A model generated the notes under the pieces. That model worked only from the letters and a program-made list of their open reading frames with translations, had not been told where the DNA came from and made no database searches. A stretch of 32,000 bases of DNA, taken from Candidatus Karelsulcia muelleri (lineage in GTDB: Bacteria; Bacteroidota; Bacteroidia; Flavobacteriales; Blattabacteriaceae). Shown piece by piece: positions 1-9,414 of this stretch. The stretch lies in the NCBI RefSeq assembly GCF_016888765.1, contig NZ_CP069423.1:30001-62000 (forward strand), in the 5' to 3' direction. The position numbers and the translations under genes were made by a program. Positions within the stretch are counted from its first letter, which is position 1. Every line of letters begins with the position of its first letter.

Positions 1-1
1 T

Positions 2-79
2 AAATCAGGTGTAGCTAAAAAGAAAATAAATAATTGGAAAAAATATTTTGCTGAATTAAAAAGTAGAATCATTATTTAA
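2..79 (+). CDS. 3' end of an unidentified CDS entering from the left window edge (partial)
   Basis: Frame 2 is open from the window edge for 25 codons (KSGVAKKKINNWKKYFAELKSRIII) and ends at TAA 77-79. An open frame this long is uncommon in DNA this AT-rich. I recognise no motif, so the product is unknown. Confidence 0.3.
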   Translation, partial: KSGVAKKKINNWKKYFAELKSRIII

Positions 80-91
80 TTAATTAATTCT

Positions 92-172
92 GGAGAGTTG
101 CCGGAGTGGTTAACGGAGCAGTTTGCTAAACTGTAGGTTTTTACCTCGTGAGTTCAAATCTCACACTCTCCG
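92..172 (+). tRNA. tRNA-Ser (anticodon GCU), type II
   Basis: Manual cloverleaf: acceptor GGAGAGT/ACTCTCC plus discriminator G; anticodon stem GCAGT/ACTGT with loop TTGCTAA; long variable arm AGGT-TTTT-ACCT; T arm GTGAG-TTCAAAT-CTCAC. Local G+C spike. No encoded CCA. Confidence 0.92.
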
Positions 173-179
173 TAAGTTA

Positions 180-254
180 CGGGATGTGGCGTAGAAAGGT
201 TATCGCACCTGGTTTGGGACCAGGAGGTCATAGGTTCGAATCCTATCATCCCGA
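180..254 (+). tRNA. tRNA-Pro (anticodon UGG)
   Basis: Acceptor CGGGATG/CATCCCG plus A; anticodon stem CCTGG/CCAGG with loop TTTGGGA; T arm ATAGG-TTCGAAT-CCTAT. Lies 7 nt after tRNA-Ser. Confidence 0.92.
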
Positions 255-257
255 TAG

Positions 258-330
258 GGTCACATAGCTCAATGGATAGAGCAAGTGCCTTCTAAGCAGT
301 AGGTTGCTGGTTCAAATCCAGCTGTGATCA
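258..330 (+). tRNA. tRNA-Arg (anticodon UCU)
   Basis: Acceptor GGTCACA/TGTGATC plus A; D arm GCTC-AATGGATA-GAGC; anticodon loop CTTCTAA (one G-G mismatch in the stem); T arm GCTGG-TTCAAAT-CCAGC. The last 3 nt overlap the glyQS stop codon on the opposite strand. Confidence 0.9.
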
Positions 331-1776
331 TATAAGTAACTTAAAAAGTTGATTCATACTGGTTTCTTTTTTAATTTCCCTCTTTAAATCTTTAATTAAT
401 ACCCTTTTTTGCAACATTTTATCTCTAAATCTCAGAGTTACACATTTATCTTTTAAAGTTTTGAAATCTATTGTTACACAAATTGGAGTCCCTATAGCAT
501 CTTGTCTTCTATATCTCTTACCAATAGAATCATTTTCTTCATAGCTTAAAAGAAAATATAATTTCAAGTTTTTATAAATCTCTTTGGCATAAAAAATTAA
601 CCTTTTGTCTCGTATTAAAGGAAATATAGCCGCTTTAATTGGTGCTAAAGCAGGATTAATTTTTAATATAATTCTTTCTTTTTTTGTGTCTTTAATTGTT
701 TCCTTTTTTAAAGCAGCAGAAAAAACTGCTAAAAACATCCTATCTAGTCCAATAGAAGTTTCTATTATATATGGAATATAAAATTTGTTTTTTTCTTTAT
801 CAAAAACTCGAAATCTTTTTTTGCTATATTTTTCATGATTTTTAAGATCGAAATTTGTTCTTGAATGAATCCCTTCTAATTCTTTAAAACCAAAAGGAAA
901 TTTAAATTGAATATCATATGCCTTTTTAGCATAATGTGCTAATTGTTCATGTTCATAAAATATATATTTTTTTTCACCTAAACCTAGGGATAAATGCCAT
1001 TTTAAACGTTTTTTTTTCCAGTATTCCAACCATTTCTCTTCCTGTTTAGGAGGAATAAAAAATTGCATTTCCATTTGTTCAAATTCTCGCATTCTAAAAA
1101 GAAATTGTCTAGCTATTATTTCCTTTCTAAACACTTTTCCTATTTGAGCTATACCAAATGGTATTTTAATTTTACTAGTATTTAGGACATTTAAAAAATT
1201 GGTAATAATTCCTTGTGCTGTTTCTGGACGTAAATAAAAATTTTTATGTTCTTTTAATGGTATTTTGAACATTAAATTATACTCATATATTTTAGTCCAT
1301 TTATTTAAAATTTTATTTATTTTAATTTTATTTATTAATATTAATATTTTATAGTTTTCATTTAGTTGAAATTTTTTATATATATATTTTCTAAGTTTAT
1401 TTTTAAGCTGTTTTTCTTTATTTCTAAGCTGTTTTTCTTTAAAATAAATGTCGATTAAGAAATCAAGTCGGTAACTAGATTTAGTATCTTCATTATATAA
1501 AAAGATTTCTTTGAATTTAGAAACATGACCTGAAGCTTTCCAGATATTAGGATGCATTAATATACTAGTATCCAATCCAATTATATTTTCATTAATTTGT
1601 ATCATTGATTTCCACCAGTATTCTTTAATATTATTTTTTAAATAGATTCCATATTGACCATAATCATAAATCGCATTTATGCCATCATAGATTTCACTAC
1701 TAGGAAAAACAAAGCCATATTGTTTTGCATGTGATACAATTTCTTTAAAAGAAATTTTCTTATTTTTATTTTTCAT
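328..1776 (-). CDS. glyQS: glycine--tRNA ligase, alpha2 (single-chain, eukaryote-like) type
   Basis: 482-aa ORF with [19 protein letters not shown] near the N-terminus, [15 protein letters not shown], and a C-terminal anticodon-binding region ending in the ..[10 protein letters not shown] block. TGA stop at 328-330. Confidence 0.92.
   Translation of the reverse strand: MKNKNKKISFKEIVSHAKQYGFVFPSSEIYDGINAIYDYGQYGIYLKNNIKEYWWKSMIQINENIIGLDTSILMHPNIWKASGHVSKFKEIFLYNEDTKSSYRLDFLIDIYFKEKQLRNKEKQLKNKLRKYIYKKFQLNENYKILILINKIKINKILNKWTKIYEYNLMFKIPLKEHKNFYLRPETAQGIITNFLNVLNTSKIKIPFGIAQIGKVFRKEIIARQFLFRMREFEQMEMQFFIPPKQEEKWLEYWKKKRLKWHLSLGLGEKKYIFYEHEQLAHYAKKAYDIQFKFPFGFKELEGIHSRTNFDLKNHEKYSKKRFRVFDKEKNKFYIPYIIETSIGLDRMFLAVFSAALKKETIKDTKKERIILKINPALAPIKAAIFPLIRDKRLIFYAKEIYKNLKLYFLLSYEENDSIGKRYRRQDAIGTPICVTIDFKTLKDKCVTLRFRDKMLQKRVLIKDLKREIKKETSMNQLFKLLI
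1400..1441 (-). repeat. 21-bp tandem duplication (20/21 identical) inside glyQS
   Basis: On the + strand, TTTTTAAGCTGTTTTTCTTTA (1400-1420) is followed by TTTCTAAGCTGTTTTTCTTTA (1421-1441). These encode [14 protein letters not shown]. Confidence 0.9.
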
Positions 1777-1975
1777 GATTTTTATTTTTATACTTTTTTA
1801 TACAATTAACTGGACAGACTGCCACACATTGAGGCTTTTCAGATTTCCCAATACATTCAGTACATTTCTCTGGTACTATAAAATACCTATTCTCTTTACT
1901 TTCATAAATTGCATTATTTGGACATTCTAATTCACAAGCTCCACAATTTATACATTCATTAGTAATTTTATACAT
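1766..1975 (-). CDS. small 4Fe-4S dicluster-type ferredoxin
   Basis: 69-aa ORF with [12 protein letters not shown] and CTEC..(x9)..CVAVCP cysteine clusters. Its 3' end overlaps the glyQS start by 11 nt. Confidence 0.85.
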   Translation of the reverse strand: MYKITNECINCGACELECPNNAIYESKENRYFIVPEKCTECIGKSEKPQCVAVCPVNCIKKYKNKNHEK

Positions 1976-2002
1976 TCCATTACATTCATTAGTAATTTTA
2001 TA
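1951..2002 (-). repeat. 22-bp perfect direct repeat with an 8-bp spacer, duplicating the first 21 nt after the ferredoxin ATG
   Basis: TACATTCATTAGTAATTTTATA occurs at 1951-1972 and at 1981-2002. Copy 1 is ferredoxin codons 2-8, and copy 2 contains the rplS stop codon. Confidence 0.95.
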
Positions 2003-2324
2003 TGCTTTTTATTTTAGCTTGTTTTCCTCTTAAGTTTCTAAAATAATAAATTTTTGATCTTCTAACTTTTCCAGACAGAATAATTTTAATTTTTTTAATA
2101 ATAGGAGAATTTATGGGAAATATTCTTTCTACACCAATTGTGCCACTAAATTTTCTAATTGTAAATGTACTATTTCCTTGCTTTTTAATTATTATACCTT
2201 TAAAAGATTGTATTCTATTTTTATCACCTTCTTTAATTTCGTAATCTACATTTACTGTATCCCCTGCTTTAAATGCAGCTTTTGTTTTATATTTTCCTGA
2301 TAAATATTCATTAATATTTTTCAT
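1998..2324 (-). CDS. rplS: 50S ribosomal protein L19
   Basis: The ORF-track frame runs to 2411, but L19 homology starts at MKNINEY (ATG 2324-2322): ..[61 protein letters not shown]. The upstream 29 codons are repeat-derived, so I chose the shorter start. Confidence 0.9.
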   Translation of the reverse strand: MKNINEYLSGKYKTKAAFKAGDTVNVDYEIKEGDKNRIQSFKGIIIKKQGNSTFTIRKFSGTIGVERIFPINSPIIKKIKIILSGKVRRSKIYYFRNLRGKQAKIKSI

Positions 2325-2332
2325 TATTTGCT

Positions 2333-2367
2333 TCTTAGTATTAGTCTTAGTATTAGTCTTAGTATTA
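2333..2367. repeat. 12-bp tandem repeat (TCTTAGTATTAG, about 2.9 copies) in the rplS/mtaB divergent spacer
   Basis: Read directly at 2333-2344, 2345-2356 and 2357-2367. This repeat generates the TKTNTKTNTK segment of the over-long ORF-track version of rplS. Confidence 0.9.
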
Positions 2368-2385
2368 CCTTTTTTAACTTTCCAA

Positions 2386-3684
2386 ATGGAAAAATTAAGA
2401 TTCTCTTTCATTACTTACGGATGTAAACTAAATTATTCTGAATACTCTACAATAAAGAGAAATTTATTAAATTTAGGATATCAATACGTATCTTGGTATA
2501 CGTTTGCAAATATTTATATAATCAATTCGTGTAGTATTACTGAAAATGCAGAAAAAGATTTATTTGTTTTTATTAGAAAGATAAAAAAAATCAATAAAAA
2601 GGCATACATAATACTATTGGGATGTTTTACGCATAAATTATATAAGACAGAAAACATTTTAAAAAATGTTAATTTGATACTTGGAACTAAAGATAAATTT
2701 GATTTACCTTATTATTTAAAGTTAAAAAATAAAAATAAGAATTATATTTCTATTTCTAAGAATTATTATAAGTCTTCAGTTTCATTGGATGAAACACGTA
2801 CGAGATCTTTTCTAAAAATCCAAGATGGATGTGATTATAAATGTAGTTATTGTCCTATTCCTAATTTTAGGGGTAGATCTAGATCAGAAAATATTTCTAA
2901 TATTATAAAGACTATAAAAAAACTAGCTTTACTAAATATTAAAGAAATTGTTCTAACTGGTATAAATCTTGGAAATTTTGGAAATTTTGGATTTAATAAA
3001 ACAAAATACGATTTGTTTTATTTGTTCAATCAAATGGAACAAAACCTCACTGCAAATATTCGTATAAGAATTTCTTCTATTGAACCTAATTTATTAAATA
3101 ATAGAATAATAAGTTTAATTTCAAAAAGTAAGCTATTTGTTCCTCATTTTCATTTCCCGCTGCAATCAGGTAGTAATTATATCTTAAATAAGATGAAAAG
3201 AAGGTATAATGTAAAAAGATATATTAAAAACGTTAAAAAAATATTAAATATTATACCTGATGCTTGTGTAGGAACTGATATAATCGTAGGCTTTCCGGGC
3301 GAAAAAGAAGCTAACTTTTTAGAAACTTATAAATTATTAAAAAGTTTAGAATTAGCTTATATTCAAGTTTTTCCATATTCAGAAAGAGAAAATACAGACG
3401 CATATTTTATGAAAGAAACTATCCCAAAAATTATGCGTTCCAAACGCAGTAAAATTATTAGATTACTTTCGAAAAAAAAAAAGAAAAATTATTGTTTAAA
3501 ACATCTTTTTAAACATTATAGAGTATTGTTTGAAAAAACAAAGAAAAATGGCTATATTTTTGGTTTTACAGATACCTACATTAGTTCAAAAATTAAATGG
3601 AAACCTAATCTTATCAAGAAATTTAAAGCAGTAAAACTTATTAAAATCGATAATTATAATAATATGGAATGTCAAATCTTATAG
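2386..3684 (+). CDS. mtaB: MiaB-family radical-SAM tRNA methylthiotransferase, probably MtaB-type
   Basis: 432 aa. N-terminal UPF0004-like FITYGCKLNYSE..INSCSITE; radical-SAM CDYKCSYCPIPNFRGRSRS; C-terminal TRAM-like tail. Length and CxxxCxxC context fit MtaB better than MiaB or RimO, though this subfamily call comes from memory of motifs. Confidence 0.7.
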   Translation: MEKLRFSFITYGCKLNYSEYSTIKRNLLNLGYQYVSWYTFANIYIINSCSITENAEKDLFVFIRKIKKINKKAYIILLGCFTHKLYKTENILKNVNLILGTKDKFDLPYYLKLKNKNKNYISISKNYYKSSVSLDETRTRSFLKIQDGCDYKCSYCPIPNFRGRSRSENISNIIKTIKKLALLNIKEIVLTGINLGNFGNFGFNKTKYDLFYLFNQMEQNLTANIRIRISSIEPNLLNNRIISLISKSKLFVPHFHFPLQSGSNYILNKMKRRYNVKRYIKNVKKILNIIPDACVGTDIIVGFPGEKEANFLETYKLLKSLELAYIQVFPYSERENTDAYFMKETIPKIMRSKRSKIIRLLSKKKKKNYCLKHLFKHYRVLFEKTKKNGYIFGFTDTYISSKIKWKPNLIKKFKAVKLIKIDNYNNMECQIL

Positions 3685-5480
3685 CAAGTACATATATTTT
3701 CTAATATTCTCTTTATTAAACTATTTTTGTTCTTTCCTTTTAAAAGATTATGACAAAGTAATATAAATTCTAGTGAGTCTCTTATTAGAGTGGTTTTAAT
3801 TTCCTGTTTGTTTTCTCTCAATATTCTTTTTATAATTTTATTATTGGTATTTACAACTAAATTATAATTATAATAGTTTTTTTCTTTGAAGTTTCTCATT
3901 AAATTAATTTCATTTATCCGACGGATAAATTCTGGTATATTTATTATAAAAGGTAGATAGTTTTCATTTAGGTTTTCGAATTTAATTTTAAATTTTTTGT
4001 TGTCGATGGTTTTACCTATTTCCTTTTTTAAGGTATTTTTTTCTTGCTGAGTAAGATTAGTCCCTTTTTTCTCCATAAAAATATTCTCTATATTTTGTGA
4101 ATCCACTCTTACAAAAGAAAGATTATTAATATCCGTTTCTAGTTTTTGGATCAAATGAACTGTTAAATGAGTATCTAGTAATAAGACTTTATAACCTTTT
4201 TGTAAAACATTTTCTATATAGAGATTTTGCTCATCTAAATTAGTAGCATAAAAGCAAATTATTTTATTGGCTTTTGATTTTTGCTTTTTCTTTATCTTTT
4301 CTAAGAATTCAGAAAATAAAAAATATTTTCCATTGATATCACTATATAAAGCAAAAGCTTTAGCTTTTTCATAAAATATTGGTTCACTTATCATACCATA
4401 TTCTATAATTAGTTTTATATTTTTCCAGTTTTTTTCAAAAGACTTTCTATCCTTTAAGAACATTTTCGTGAGTCGGTCTGCAATTTTCCGAGTAATATAA
4501 TTAGAAATTTTTTTTAAAGTTATATTTGATTTTATATGTGATCTTGAAACATTAAGTGGAATGTCTGGAGAATCTATTACACCTTTTAAAAAACTTAAAA
4601 AATCTGGCACTATACCTTCCAAATGTTCAGTAACAAAAACTTGATTTTGATATAAATGAATCTTATCTTTTTTAAGATCCATTGGATTAGTTAGTTTAGA
4701 AAAATACAAAATGCCTGTCAGCTTAAAAGGATGTTCAATATTTAAATGAATCCATAATAATGGATCCTCTAAAATTTCTGGAAATAATTCTTTATAAAAA
4801 TCTCTATATTCTTTATCATTAATTTCAAGAGATTTTTTTTTCCAGAGAGGGTGTGTATTATTTATTATTTTATTCTTAAATTTTATAGGAATTGGGAGAA
4901 ACCTACAATATTTTTTTAACAATTCAAGTATCTTATAATCTTCTAAAAATTCTTTGTATTTTTCATTTAGGTGTAATAAAATTACAGTACCTATTTTTTC
5001 TTTTTTTGCATCTCGTAATATAAAATTAGGGGTGCCATCACAAATCCAATGTACTGAGTGAATTCCTTGCTGGTATGATTTGGTCAGTATTTCTACTTTA
5101 TCTGAAACAAGAAAAGAAGAATAAAAACCTAAACCAAAATTACCTATAATTGCATCCTCAGTCTTATATTTTTTAAGAAATTCTTCGGCACTTGAGAAAG
5201 CTATTTGGTTAATATATTTCTTTACTTCGGCTATTGTCATGCCTATACCATTATCTGCTATTATTAAGATTTTATTAGCTTTATCTACTTTTACTTCTAT
5301 TTCTAGTTTATTAACTTTAATATTTAATTTTCCTAAATTAGCTAAAGTTTTTATTTTAACACATGCATCAACTGCATTACTTATTAGTTCTCTTAAAAAG
5401 ATGTCATTATATGAATATAAAAATTTTTTAATTATAGGGAATATATTTTCTGCTGTAACTTTTATTTTTCCTTTTTCCAT
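3672..5480 (-). CDS. htpG: molecular chaperone HtpG (Hsp90)
   Basis: 602 aa with FLRELISNAVDA, DNGIGM, IGNFGLGFYSSFLV and IDSPDIPLNVSR motifs. Its 3' end overlaps the mtaB 3' end by 13 nt (convergent). Confidence 0.95.
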   Translation of the reverse strand: MEKGKIKVTAENIFPIIKKFLYSYNDIFLRELISNAVDACVKIKTLANLGKLNIKVNKLEIEVKVDKANKILIIADNGIGMTIAEVKKYINQIAFSSAEEFLKKYKTEDAIIGNFGLGFYSSFLVSDKVEILTKSYQQGIHSVHWICDGTPNFILRDAKKEKIGTVILLHLNEKYKEFLEDYKILELLKKYCRFLPIPIKFKNKIINNTHPLWKKKSLEINDKEYRDFYKELFPEILEDPLLWIHLNIEHPFKLTGILYFSKLTNPMDLKKDKIHLYQNQVFVTEHLEGIVPDFLSFLKGVIDSPDIPLNVSRSHIKSNITLKKISNYITRKIADRLTKMFLKDRKSFEKNWKNIKLIIEYGMISEPIFYEKAKAFALYSDINGKYFLFSEFLEKIKKKQKSKANKIICFYATNLDEQNLYIENVLQKGYKVLLLDTHLTVHLIQKLETDINNLSFVRVDSQNIENIFMEKKGTNLTQQEKNTLKKEIGKTIDNKKFKIKFENLNENYLPFIINIPEFIRRINEINLMRNFKEKNYYNYNLVVNTNNKIIKRILRENKQEIKTTLIRDSLEFILLCHNLLKGKNKNSLIKRILENICTCYKI

Positions 5481-5544
5481 ATTGTTATGCTATTAAGCTT
5501 AATCTTATTATACAATCTATATAATTAAACTGTTTAAAATAATA

Positions 5545-5629
5545 CGGAGAGAGAGGGATTTGAACCCCCGGAGTATTATTACTCAACGATTTTCAAGACC
5601 GCCGCATTAAACCACTCTGCCATCTCTCC
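5545..5629 (-). tRNA. tRNA-Ser (anticodon UGA), type II
   Basis: Reverse complement folds as: acceptor GGAGAGA/TCTCTCC plus G; anticodon stem GCGGT/ATCGT with loop CTTGAAA; long variable arm; T arm GGGGG-TTCAAAT-CCCTC. No CCA. Confidence 0.9.
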
Positions 5630-5743
5630 AACACCTATTATATACTTCTACTTATACTTTTTACTCTTAATTAGTTGTCTAATTTTAATGTTATTAATCT
5701 TAATTAAAGTTAGCAATAATTTTAAAGAAATAATAAATAATAT

Positions 5744-7201
5744 ATGGGCTTAAGGGATAAAAATTGGTATAAAGATATAATTTTAACAGCTAATATAGCG
5801 GAAGCTTCACCTATAAGAGGCTGTATTATCTTTAAACCTTATGGTTTAGAGATATGGGAAAACATAAAAAAAAATTTAGATTATATTTTAAAAAAAACTG
5901 GACATAAGAATTTTTATTTTCCATTATTAATTTTGAAGTCTGATTTAAAAAAAGAATATAATCATATTAAAGGTTTTGCAAAAGAATGTGCGATTGTAAC
6001 CCATAGTCGTTTAAAATTTAAAAACAAGAAATTGATTCTTGAAGAAGAATCAAAACTAAAAAATGAACTAATTATTAGGCCTACTTCCGAAGCCATAATC
6101 TGGGATTCTTTTAAAAGATGGATAATATCTTATAGAGATTTACCTATGTTATTAAACCAATGGTCTAATACAATTCGTTGGGAAATGAGACCTAGATTCT
6201 TTTTAAGAAACTCAGAGTTCTTTTTACAAGAAGGACATACAGCTCATTCAACTAAAAAAGAAGCTATAAGGCATTGTAAACAAATTTTGAATTTGTATAA
6301 ATATTTTATTGAAGATATTTTATCAATTCCCGTAATAAAAGGTAGAAAAACAAAGCTTGAAAAATTTGCTGGAGCCAAAACTACATACTGTTTAGAAGCT
6401 ATTCTGCCAGATGGTAAAGCCTTGCAAATCGCAACTTCACATTTTTTAGGGAAAAATTTTTCAAGATCTTTTAACGTTAAATATATTAATAAAAAAGGAA
6501 TATATAAACAGGTTTGGGGGACTTCATGGGGTCTTTCTACTCGATTAATTGGAGCTGTAATTTTAACTCATTCCGATAAATATGGATTGATTATTCCACC
6601 TAAAATTGCTCCAATTCAGGTAGTTATTATACCTATCTACAAGAAAACTGAGTCGTTTAAAATTTTAGAAATAATAGTTTCTAAATTAATTATTTTCTTA
6701 AAAAAAAAACAAATAACATTTAGATATGATAACCGTAAAAATTACAGACCTGGATGGAAATTTAATGAATATGATATTCAAGGGATCCCTATTAGGTTAA
6801 CTATTGGAAAGAAAGAAATAGAAAAGGGAAATATTGAAGTTTTCAGAAGAGACACTAGAAAAAGAAAAAAATATAAGATAAGAAATCTCAAAAAGAAAAT
6901 AATTATTTTATTAAAACAAATCCAAAAAAACCTTTTAAAAAAAGCTGTAAAAATACAAAAAGATTTTATTATAAAGGTTGATAATTATCAAGATTTTAAA
7001 AAAATAATTAAGACTAAAGGTGGAGTAGTATCTTCACATTGGGATGGTTCTACCACAATTGAAAAAAAAATCAAAAAAGAAACGTCAGCCTCTATAATAT
7101 GTATTCCAAGTAAATCTTATATTAAGAATAAAAAAACTGGAAGCTGCATATATAGTAACAATTATTCTAAACAAAGAGTATTTTTTGCTAAATCTTATTA
7201 A
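5744..7201 (+). CDS. proS: proline--tRNA ligase, archaeal/eukaryote-like type
   Basis: 485 aa. N-terminus [32 protein letters not shown]; class-II core ([14 protein letters not shown]); C-terminal extra domain ending in the terminal Tyr typical of this ProRS type (..FFAKSY). Confidence 0.9.
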   Translation: MGLRDKNWYKDIILTANIAEASPIRGCIIFKPYGLEIWENIKKNLDYILKKTGHKNFYFPLLILKSDLKKEYNHIKGFAKECAIVTHSRLKFKNKKLILEEESKLKNELIIRPTSEAIIWDSFKRWIISYRDLPMLLNQWSNTIRWEMRPRFFLRNSEFFLQEGHTAHSTKKEAIRHCKQILNLYKYFIEDILSIPVIKGRKTKLEKFAGAKTTYCLEAILPDGKALQIATSHFLGKNFSRSFNVKYINKKGIYKQVWGTSWGLSTRLIGAVILTHSDKYGLIIPPKIAPIQVVIIPIYKKTESFKILEIIVSKLIIFLKKKQITFRYDNRKNYRPGWKFNEYDIQGIPIRLTIGKKEIEKGNIEVFRRDTRKRKKYKIRNLKKKIIILLKQIQKNLLKKAVKIQKDFIIKVDNYQDFKKIIKTKGGVVSSHWDGSTTIEKKIKKETSASIICIPSKSYIKNKKTGSCIYSNNYSKQRVFFAKSY

Positions 7202-8331
7202 AAAAAACTTAAGAAGAGTTTTAAAAAGTTTTTAATTTCTTTTTTTTTATTAAAAATTCCAAAAGAAATTCTTAAAAAGGTAAGATCTTGTATATATATC
7301 TTTGTATTTTTATACAAAGATTTAAAAACATGTGAATATTCACTAGATATGCATGCACTAGATTGAGATATTATAACTCCTTTTAAATCTAAATTAAGAC
7401 TTAGCAGATATTTTTTAGGAAAAGCTATACTAAGTATAGTATAGATACTTTTGTTTATATTTTTAGATAAACCATTAAAAATTAAGTTAGGAATATTATG
7501 CTGTAATTTTTTTATGCAATATTTTTTTATATTTTTAATATAATTTTTCTCAGAATTTAAATTATTATAAGCTAATTGAAGAGCTTCTGTCATTCCAATT
7601 ATTCCATATATGTTTTCAGTACCAGCTCTTCTATTTTTTTCTTGAAGTCCTCCAGTAAGAAAAGATTTAATCGAAATCTTTTTTTTTATATAAGCAAAAC
7701 CAATTCCGTAAGGACCATAAAATTTATGAGCACTTGCACTTGCAAAATGTAGATTTAATTTATTAAGATTTAAATTTAAATGACCTATTGCTTGAATAGT
7801 ATCGGAATGTAAATATGTATTAAACTCCCGACAAATTTCACTGACTTTTTTAAGATTTAAAATATTTCCTATTTCGTTATTAACATACATTAAACTGACT
7901 AATGTAATTTTAGTATTTTCTTTTAGTAATTTTCTTAAATGATTAAGATCTATTTCTCCCTTACTATTAAATGTTACAAATTTAACAATAATGTCATATT
8001 GTAAATATAAATCATAAACTGTTTCTAACACAGATTTATGTTCTAATAATGAAGTTATTATACATTGAACTTTTAAGTGTTTAACACAATTTCTTAAAAT
8101 AAAGTTATTAGCTTCAGTTCCACTAGAAGTAAATATTATTTCTTCTGCTGAAATATTTAAAAGTTTTGCAATTTTAATTCTAGAATATTCAATATTATAT
8201 TTATTATATACACCTAAACTATGATTAGAAGAAGGATTACCAAATCTTTTGAGAGTCTTTAAAAGACTAATATAAACTTCCTTTCTCAAAGGAGTCGTTG
8301 AGGCATTATCAAGAAAAATTTTTCTGTTCAT
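7198..8331 (-). CDS. iscS: cysteine desulfurase, class I (IscS/NifS-like)
   Basis: 377 aa. PLP-lysine context SASAHKFYGPYGIG and active-site Cys in SQSSACIS (class I pattern, not the SufS RxGHHCA pattern). The stop codon shares the tetranucleotide TTAA with the proS stop. Confidence 0.75.
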   Translation of the reverse strand: MNRKIFLDNASTTPLRKEVYISLLKTLKRFGNPSSNHSLGVYNKYNIEYSRIKIAKLLNISAEEIIFTSSGTEANNFILRNCVKHLKVQCIITSLLEHKSVLETVYDLYLQYDIIVKFVTFNSKGEIDLNHLRKLLKENTKITLVSLMYVNNEIGNILNLKKVSEICREFNTYLHSDTIQAIGHLNLNLNKLNLHFASASAHKFYGPYGIGFAYIKKKISIKSFLTGGLQEKNRRAGTENIYGIIGMTEALQLAYNNLNSEKNYIKNIKKYCIKKLQHNIPNLIFNGLSKNINKSIYTILSIAFPKKYLLSLNLDLKGVIISQSSACISSEYSHVFKSLYKNTKIYIQDLTFLRISFGIFNKKKEIKNFLKLFLSFF

Positions 8332-9256
8332 ATTTTTTATTTCGATATAAAATTAAATGTTTCTTTTTTTTTTTAATAGAAAAATATGATTTTTTGGAAT
8401 TTATTTTCTTACCAGATTTAGAAATTATTATTTTAATCAAAGTTCTAATATTATTAAAATAATAATATTTTAATATTTTATATAAATAACTTTTAATGGG
8501 ATTAAGATTCAATAAGTTTTTTACACTTAAAATTTTTTCTGTTCTATTTTTTTTTAAAAAAATATATTTTTTAATAAGATTTAGATGATTATTAATCATT
8601 AAATATTCATCTTTTAAAATCTGAACCGATGTTTTGATTCCCAAATAAGCTTCATTATTTAATAGTTTATTAAGTATTTTTCTTATTTTATTTCTTAGAA
8701 ACTTTTCATTTATATTACTACTGTCTTCTATCCAACTTATTTTATTGTTTTTTGCATAAGATAAAATATCTGTTTTAGTAAAATCTAATAAAGGTCTTAT
8801 TAAATATTTTTTCTTAAAACCTATTCCTTTTATCCCTTTTATCCCTGTACCTCTTATAAGATTAAGAAATATTGTCTCTATTGAATCATTAAGATGATGA
8901 CCTAAAGCAATATAATTAAAATAATTTGTTTTTAACATTTTTTTAAACCATAAATATCTTAATTTTCTAGCAAAAATTTGCTGAGATGACTTTTTTCTTA
9001 GATTAAAACTTTTAGTATGTAAAATTATTTTGTGTTTTTTACAAATTGTTTTTATTAAATTTTCTGCTTCTTCAGACTCAGCTCCTCTAAGTTTAAAATT
9101 ACAATGTAGTACTTCTATTTTAAGATCTTTTATTCTAAAAAAAAGATCTAATAAAACTAAACTATCGACTCCACCACTTACTGCTATAAATAGTTTTTTT
9201 TTTTTTAAATCAATTTTGTCCTTAAGGTTTTTAAGGAAAATTTTAAAATTTAGCAT
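8309..9256 (-). CDS. tilS: tRNA(Ile)-lysidine synthase
   Basis: 315 aa. PP-loop FIAVSGGVDSLVLL, then LGHHLNDSIETIFLNLIRGTG. Overlaps the iscS start by 23 nt on the same strand. Confidence 0.85.
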   Translation of the reverse strand: MLNFKIFLKNLKDKIDLKKKKLFIAVSGGVDSLVLLDLFFRIKDLKIEVLHCNFKLRGAESEEAENLIKTICKKHKIILHTKSFNLRKKSSQQIFARKLRYLWFKKMLKTNYFNYIALGHHLNDSIETIFLNLIRGTGIKGIKGIGFKKKYLIRPLLDFTKTDILSYAKNNKISWIEDSSNINEKFLRNKIRKILNKLLNNEAYLGIKTSVQILKDEYLMINNHLNLIKKYIFLKKNRTEKILSVKNLLNLNPIKSYLYKILKYYYFNNIRTLIKIIISKSGKKINSKKSYFSIKKKKKHLILYRNKKYEQKNFS

Positions 9257-9336
9257 TGCTATGTCTTAATATGAAGATTATACCTAATTTAGGATTTAGT
9301 ATTTCTTAAATATTTTTTATATTATCTTTTAATAAA

Positions 9337-9409
9337 GGCTTGATAGCTTAATTGGTAGAGCATTACACTTTTAATGTAAGGGTCCTGGGTTCAAATCCCA
9401 GTCAAGTCA
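9337..9409 (+). tRNA. tRNA-Lys (anticodon UUU)
   Basis: Acceptor GGCTTGA/TCAAGTC plus A; anticodon stem TTACA/TGTAA with loop CTTTTAA; T arm CTGGG-TTCAAAT-CCCAG. Confidence 0.92.
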
Positions 9410-9414
9410 TTTAA

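Noticed and set aside
2325-2411. ORF-track N-terminal extension of rplS that overlaps the mtaB start.
   Set aside because: L19 homology begins at the internal ATG (2324). The extension is translated from the 12-bp tandem repeat and would overlap the divergent mtaB start.
5239-5496. Short antisense ORFs in the track: 5239-5496, 9030-9269, 10123-10338, 15104-15301, 15665-15877, 17311-17502, 18259-18480, 18617-18811 and 23125-23379.
   Set aside because: Each is fully or almost fully embedded antisense in a conserved housekeeping gene. All have hydrophobic low-complexity composition and no recognisable motif. None has its own intergenic space.
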